Shown here piece by piece: positions 59,987 to 64,000 of a stretch of 64,000 nucleotides of DNA. The notes under the pieces are model-generated. The model was not told the DNA's origin. It ran no database searches and saw only the letters and a program-made list of their open reading frames with translations. How positions within the stretch are numbered: position 1 is the stretch's first letter; every line of letters starts with the position of its first letter. The stretch spans positions 47,007-111,006 of the forward strand of contig CAYHNG010000001.1 of the NCBI GenBank assembly GCA_964357975.1, written 5' to 3'. Both the position numbers and the translations under genes were made by a program. Source of the DNA: an uncultured Pseudomonadales bacterium. Lineage in GTDB: Bacteria > Patescibacteriota > Microgenomatia > UBA1400 > MFAQ01.

Positions 59987-61588
59987 GGCATGCCAGGGGA
60001 AGACTTTTTCTTTGACGAGACAGAGTTTCGAGAAATTACCTAACCAAGCTTGTGTTCTAATAGGCATATCCATATCCTCTTCGATGATTAGAAAGGTGAA
60101 AGCTTGTGAACCAGCATCCCTCTTGTTGGTCCAGATTTTATCGACATCTCGGATATATTCCGGTTGACCGGGTAAATAAGCTGTTTCGATGGGCTCGTAA
60201 CCATATTTCCAATTGCCATACCACCAGAAAAGATGATTGTATGGAAAATCGTAAACGGAAGGAAGATAGCTGTAAACTTTAAAGCCCTGACCATTCGCGT
60301 TTTGATAAACCCAATCAAGGGCCGCAATTTCGTTCCTCATATTACTTCGATCATCCGAGGGTTTCCCGGCTACGTCTCGTGTGTAATCCCATTGAGACTT
60401 AAGGGAGTAATAAATCAGTATTCCAACAAGAAGGCCGATGAAAACCTTAAAAACAATGGCCTTCCTTTCCCAGAGGTAATCCAAAAAGCATCCAAAAAAT
60501 ATCACCAGAGGAACCGAGAGACCCAATGTATACCATTCCTTAAGCTTTTGAGGGAAGAGAAGATAAAAGATGGCGGAAAATACCATGAACCAGAAAGAAA
60601 GCGACCAGGTTTTCATCCCGGTGTACATTGATTTTTTAACAGAGAATGATAAGAAAATAAAGATAACCAAACTGAGAAGATAGAGGTAGGGCACGTAATT
60701 CGGAGGTAAATGGGTAGAACGGATAACTAATAGCTGAAAATGATCCCAGCGCTGAGCTAACTTTTCGGCAAAATTAATTTTCTCTCCGAGCATGGTGCCT
60801 TGTCCGGAGAATTCTCCCAGTAGAAGTTTCGTCATTATAAAGCCGTGTTTGAATTCAAATAGAACTTGAGGCAGAAGGGTGATGCCAAAACCAACAACTA
60901 GAGGAGTGGTACTTTTAAGTGGAGTGAGATCTCTCCACTTCGGTCGAGATGACGAGAATAATAAATACAGGAGGGCGAAAGGAAAAAACAAAATTCCGAA
61001 AGCGGCCTCGATTTGCATGGCCAGTCCGGAGACTAGACCGAGCACAAGAAGAGTTATTGGTGCGGGGTTATTAGATTTAGGTGCGAGGTGATTGGTGCGA
61101 AGGGCAAAAGCGAAAACGGCAAAATAGAGAGTGGTGAAAAAAACCATCGAATTGGCGTTCCAAAAATATCTGGCGGTATTAAAGCCTGTGGGCATGAGAA
61201 ACAAAAGGATGGAAACGATGGTGGCCAACGTAGGACGTTCTTTTCTGAGGACTAACCAGAGAGCGATGACCAAGAGTTGATACCAAAGGATTTGCCAGTA
61301 AACCACAAAGGCCGGGTTTCCACCGCCGAGAACGAAGGGAGTGAGGTTAAAGTAATACCAAAAAGGACCGAGAAGAACTCCATTGATACTGGTGGTGGGG
61401 CCGACTAGCCGCGGTGTATGAGTAACCACCATGTGGCGCATATCGACCATGTCTCTTCCTTGATCTGTAGTAAAAGGAAAATTGTAATTGGCGACCTCCA
61501 TGATTTTTAATACTGAGCTTGCCAACAGAATCACGAGGAAAAGAATCAGGAGGATATTTTTTTTCAAAACATCGTACACCCGTTTCAT
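59954..61588 (-). CDS. GT-C membrane glycosyltransferase
   Basis: TDQGRD..LVGP..LGPFWYY, RYFWNAN. Confidence 0.85.
   Translation of the reverse strand: MKRVYDVLKKNILLILFLVILLASSVLKIMEVANYNFPFTTDQGRDMVDMRHMVVTHTPRLVGPTTSINGVLLGPFWYYFNLTPFVLGGGNPAFVVYWQILWYQLLVIALWLVLRKERPTLATIVSILLFLMPTGFNTARYFWNANSMVFFTTLYFAVFAFALRTNHLAPKSNNPAPITLLVLGLVSGLAMQIEAAFGILFFPFALLYLLFSSSRPKWRDLTPLKSTTPLVVGFGITLLPQVLFEFKHGFIMTKLLLGEFSGQGTMLGEKINFAEKLAQRWDHFQLLVIRSTHLPPNYVPYLYLLSLVIFIFLSFSVKKSMYTGMKTWSLSFWFMVFSAIFYLLFPQKLKEWYTLGLSVPLVIFFGCFLDYLWERKAIVFKVFIGLLVGILIYYSLKSQWDYTRDVAGKPSDDRSNMRNEIAALDWVYQNANGQGFKVYSYLPSVYDFPYNHLFWWYGNWKYGYEPIETAYLPGQPEYIRDVDKIWTNKRDAGSQAFTFLIIEEDMDMPIRTQAWLGNFSKLCLVKEKVFPWHASVRLMAPCSK
60924..60954. 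repeat. REP-like palindrome copy 6, in frame inside CDS
   Basis: gtgagatctctccacttcggtcgagatgacg, read as SSRPKWRDL. Near-identical to 27055-27085 with compensatory stem changes. Confidence 0.88.
61050..61105. repeat. Eight-unit degenerate heptamer tract inside CDS
   Basis: agagtta-ttggtgc-ggggtta-ttagatt-taggtgc-gaggtga-ttggtgc-gaagggc. Confidence 0.7.
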
Positions 61589-62658
61589 AACAAGAGTTTA
61601 ATTTTTTCGAAAAAGTTGCCGATCGAGAAAAATCTGGATCGATCGAAGGCTTTTTTGGCCATCTCAGTAAGGACACTAGGATCTTGAATTAGCTCATTGG
61701 TTTTCGTAATGATTTCGGAACTGTCTTCACACAAATACCCCGATCCGGTAGTGATGATTTCTTTTTGACCACCTTTATTAATGACAATAGGAACACAACC
61801 GGAAGCCATAGCCTCGACTGTGACCATGCCAAAGTGTTCGACCTTTTCCGGATCAGTTTGCTCGTTGACCCCTAGCCCTGCGGCGTGCCAAAAGAACTTG
61901 GCCTGAGCGTAAAGTTTCTTTAGTTCATTAAAATCCGGATTGATGACGAACTCGACATCTAAACCTTTGGCAGCGGTTTTTAACTTTTGAAGCACTATCT
62001 CATCGCCCTTGAGCCCCCCGGCCAAGATGAGCCGATAGCCCTTAACCTTCTCGGAAAGCCCTCTAAATGCTTCTATCAAAATATCCTGTCTTTTGCTATG
62101 CGAGGGAGAATCAAAACGGGCGACGGAGAGGATGACGTTGTCTTTTTTCCCCGGAGTGAAACCATCGATGTCGATTGGTGGATAAAGAACAAAGCTTTTA
62201 TCTTTCGGAAGATTTTTCTCCAGAACGTTTCTGGTGAAGTTGGAGTTGTAAACAAACTTTTTGATAAAAACCGATTTAAGGTTATTGATAGTGGTATTGC
62301 CACCCATTTTTTTGAAAGGTACCTGGAGATGAACAAGATTGTTCTTGGAGAATAAAAAGGGCAGACTACCATCACTGACCCAAAAAATCAGATCGTAGTC
62401 TTTGGTAAACTTGAGTCTTTCGGCGTAAGCCGACTTTTGACTACAAAGCCCATAGGCTTCCGGGTCGACAGATATTCGGGAAAGATCTAAACCAAAACGA
62501 GATTGCGCCAAATCCAGGTGTTTTCTGTCCGACCAGGCCAAAACCACATCATAATTATTTTTGATGAGCCCCAGAGCAAAGGTGAGGACGTAGCGCTCCC
62601 CTCCTCCGAGAGTGTCCAAATACGGATCAAAAATTAAGGCCTTTTTCATTACCGGCAT
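61585..62658 (-). CDS. GT4 glycosyltransferase (ALG11-like)
   Basis: GGGER, YNS.FT, YPP, EHFGMVTVEAMASG. Confidence 0.9.
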   Translation of the reverse strand: MPVMKKALIFDPYLDTLGGGERYVLTFALGLIKNNYDVVLAWSDRKHLDLAQSRFGLDLSRISVDPEAYGLCSQKSAYAERLKFTKDYDLIFWVSDGSLPFLFSKNNLVHLQVPFKKMGGNTTINNLKSVFIKKFVYNSNFTRNVLEKNLPKDKSFVLYPPIDIDGFTPGKKDNVILSVARFDSPSHSKRQDILIEAFRGLSEKVKGYRLILAGGLKGDEIVLQKLKTAAKGLDVEFVINPDFNELKKLYAQAKFFWHAAGLGVNEQTDPEKVEHFGMVTVEAMASGCVPIVINKGGQKEIITTGSGYLCEDSSEIITKTNELIQDPSVLTEMAKKAFDRSRFFSIGNFFEKIKLLL

Positions 62659-62667
62659 GTGTCTATT

Positions 62668-63999
62668 CTATTCTAAAAGTGAAGTTTCTGTTTTGTAGAT
62701 AGAAACGTTAGAGTTTGAATAGACTAAAGGATAACCGACTTGGTTAAAATCGGTGGATAGAGAGGTGTAAATGTAATTGATGCCATATTGGTTTACGATA
62801 TCCTTGATATATCCACTATCGGAGGCAGAGGCAAAAAACAAGCTTTGGACATTCTTTCGGTAACTATCATCTATACCCAGTAGCCAAGCGATATTGCCAC
62901 CGGTATAAAAAGTTCTTCTTTCGGCTAGGGCGGAAACTTTCATCTTTTTGTTGTCAAAAACGGGATCAACCATGATGATAGAGTACTTATCGGAATTGTT
63001 TTTTAGATACTGTAAAGCCGAATACTCATCTTTGTTGACAATGTATTCATGAAATTTCCGGACATTAAAAAAGTCTTTCCCGATGATAAAAAGAAAAATT
63101 GGTATCATTAACGCCAGAAGAAGTTTGCCCCGTTTTATGGAAGATAAGAATAGGCCAAAAGTAAAACCCATGAAGATGATGGCCACCTGACCGAACTGAA
63201 CTGCGTTAAAGGGGTCCGGTTGAGGAGTGACAACCAATGGTAGTGCAAGAGAAATAAGAATACAAAGAAGCAGAAAAAGATTTTGTTGGCGTTGTTTTTG
63301 GTACGATTTAATCAAATAGATAATTCCCAATAATTTAATCCAAAAATTTCCCAGTAAATAAAGACAGATTTTTTCGATTTCCATTTGGGTGAGTCTGAGC
63401 CAATTACCCTTTGATTGATAGTGAAGATATTTCAGATAAAAACCCTCCACACTAAACCTCTCCGGGTCCTCTACCATCTTGGTAAGTAGCCAGCCAGGCC
63501 TGAAAGTTAAGGGGAAGTTATGACCGGATCCGGTTCTGTCACTGACTATCAGAAAGATTGATCCGGACAAGACCAACAAAAGTAAGGCGGGAAATAGGCT
63601 CCGGAATCCATCCTCTTTGATCCGGAACAAACAGATGATTCCAAAGGCCAAAGAGATAGGGATAGCAAAAAATATTTTAACTCCAAAGAGAAGAGAGATA
63701 GCCACAGCGGCCAGATAGCCAAATTTGACCGATTTTGAAGAGAACCAACGGAAGACAAATAGGGTCCCTAATATGATTAGAATGTAGCCAATGCCCGTGT
63801 GCAAATTGATGAGCTGATCATACGGCTGATCCAGCATAAAGGCATTGCCACTCCAGGTGGAGTTCTTGATGACCAACGGTTTAATAAATGCGGCCGACCC
63901 CACAAATAAAGTGGTGATTACACAGATAATGGACCAGAAGTCGTCCAAGTTGAAAGTCTTGGCCAGTTTGAAGATAACAAACGATAAGAGGAAACAAAC
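62668..63999 (-). CDS. Multi-TM membrane protein, possible GT-C, 5' end outside the window
   Basis: The frame stays open from 63948 to the window edge. TM helices, then a C-terminal soluble domain (YGINYIY..LVYSN). Confidence 0.7.
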   Translation of the reverse strand, partial: VCFLLSFVIFKLAKTFNLDDFWSIICVITTLFVGSAAFIKPLVIKNSTWSGNAFMLDQPYDQLINLHTGIGYILIILGTLFVFRWFSSKSVKFGYLAAVAISLLFGVKIFFAIPISLAFGIICLFRIKEDGFRSLFPALLLLVLSGSIFLIVSDRTGSGHNFPLTFRPGWLLTKMVEDPERFSVEGFYLKYLHYQSKGNWLRLTQMEIEKICLYLLGNFWIKLLGIIYLIKSYQKQRQQNLFLLLCILISLALPLVVTPQPDPFNAVQFGQVAIIFMGFTFGLFLSSIKRGKLLLALMIPIFLFIIGKDFFNVRKFHEYIVNKDEYSALQYLKNNSDKYSIIMVDPVFDNKKMKVSALAERRTFYTGGNIAWLLGIDDSYRKNVQSLFFASASDSGYIKDIVNQYGINYIYTSLSTDFNQVGYPLVYSNSNVSIYKTETSLLE

Positions 64000-64000
64000 C

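Noticed and set aside
438-63758. Many short overlapping or antisense ORFs in the track (e.g. 12646..13221, 34128..34568, 41423..41959, 43768..44241, 49964..50458, 56954..57397)
   Set aside because: They are shadows of well-supported long CDSs, with no recognisable motifs or initiation signals.

Overview
This is a 64 kb cell-surface glycosylation supercluster, almost entirely on the minus strand. Gene content and gene packing suggest a CPR/Patescibacteria genome, probably Microgenomates-like (inference, no marker gene analysed). It holds about 18 multi-TM GT-C-type or related membrane glycosyltransferases, including a tandem array of six full-length and two shortened paralogues, about 13 soluble GT2/GT4-type enzymes and a Wzx-like flippase. 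It also holds fcl, asnB, four SAM methyltransferases, two B12-binding radical SAM enzymes, a ferredoxin, metK, gltX and a thermonuclease. Features the ORF track does not show are: (1) a DUF3800 RNase H-like gene whose 3' end is overlapped by an antisense hairpin RNA with its own near-consensus sigma70 promoter; (2) a compact SAM-I-clan riboswitch candidate in front of metK; (3) a divergent five-gene operon (KdsC-like HAD, SdhL-type shikimate-dehydrogenase-like, nucleotidyltransferase-kinase fusion, GatZ/KbaZ-like, cupin) that looks like an uncharacterised nucleotide-sugar pathway; (4) covarying REP-like palindromes and 7-nt-period repeats sitting in frame inside protein loops; (5) a self-contained 26-aa small-protein transcription unit next to gltX; (6) signs of widespread leaderless transcription. 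No rRNA, tRNA, CRISPR array or transposase was seen. All family calls come from motif recognition by eye, not database searches.
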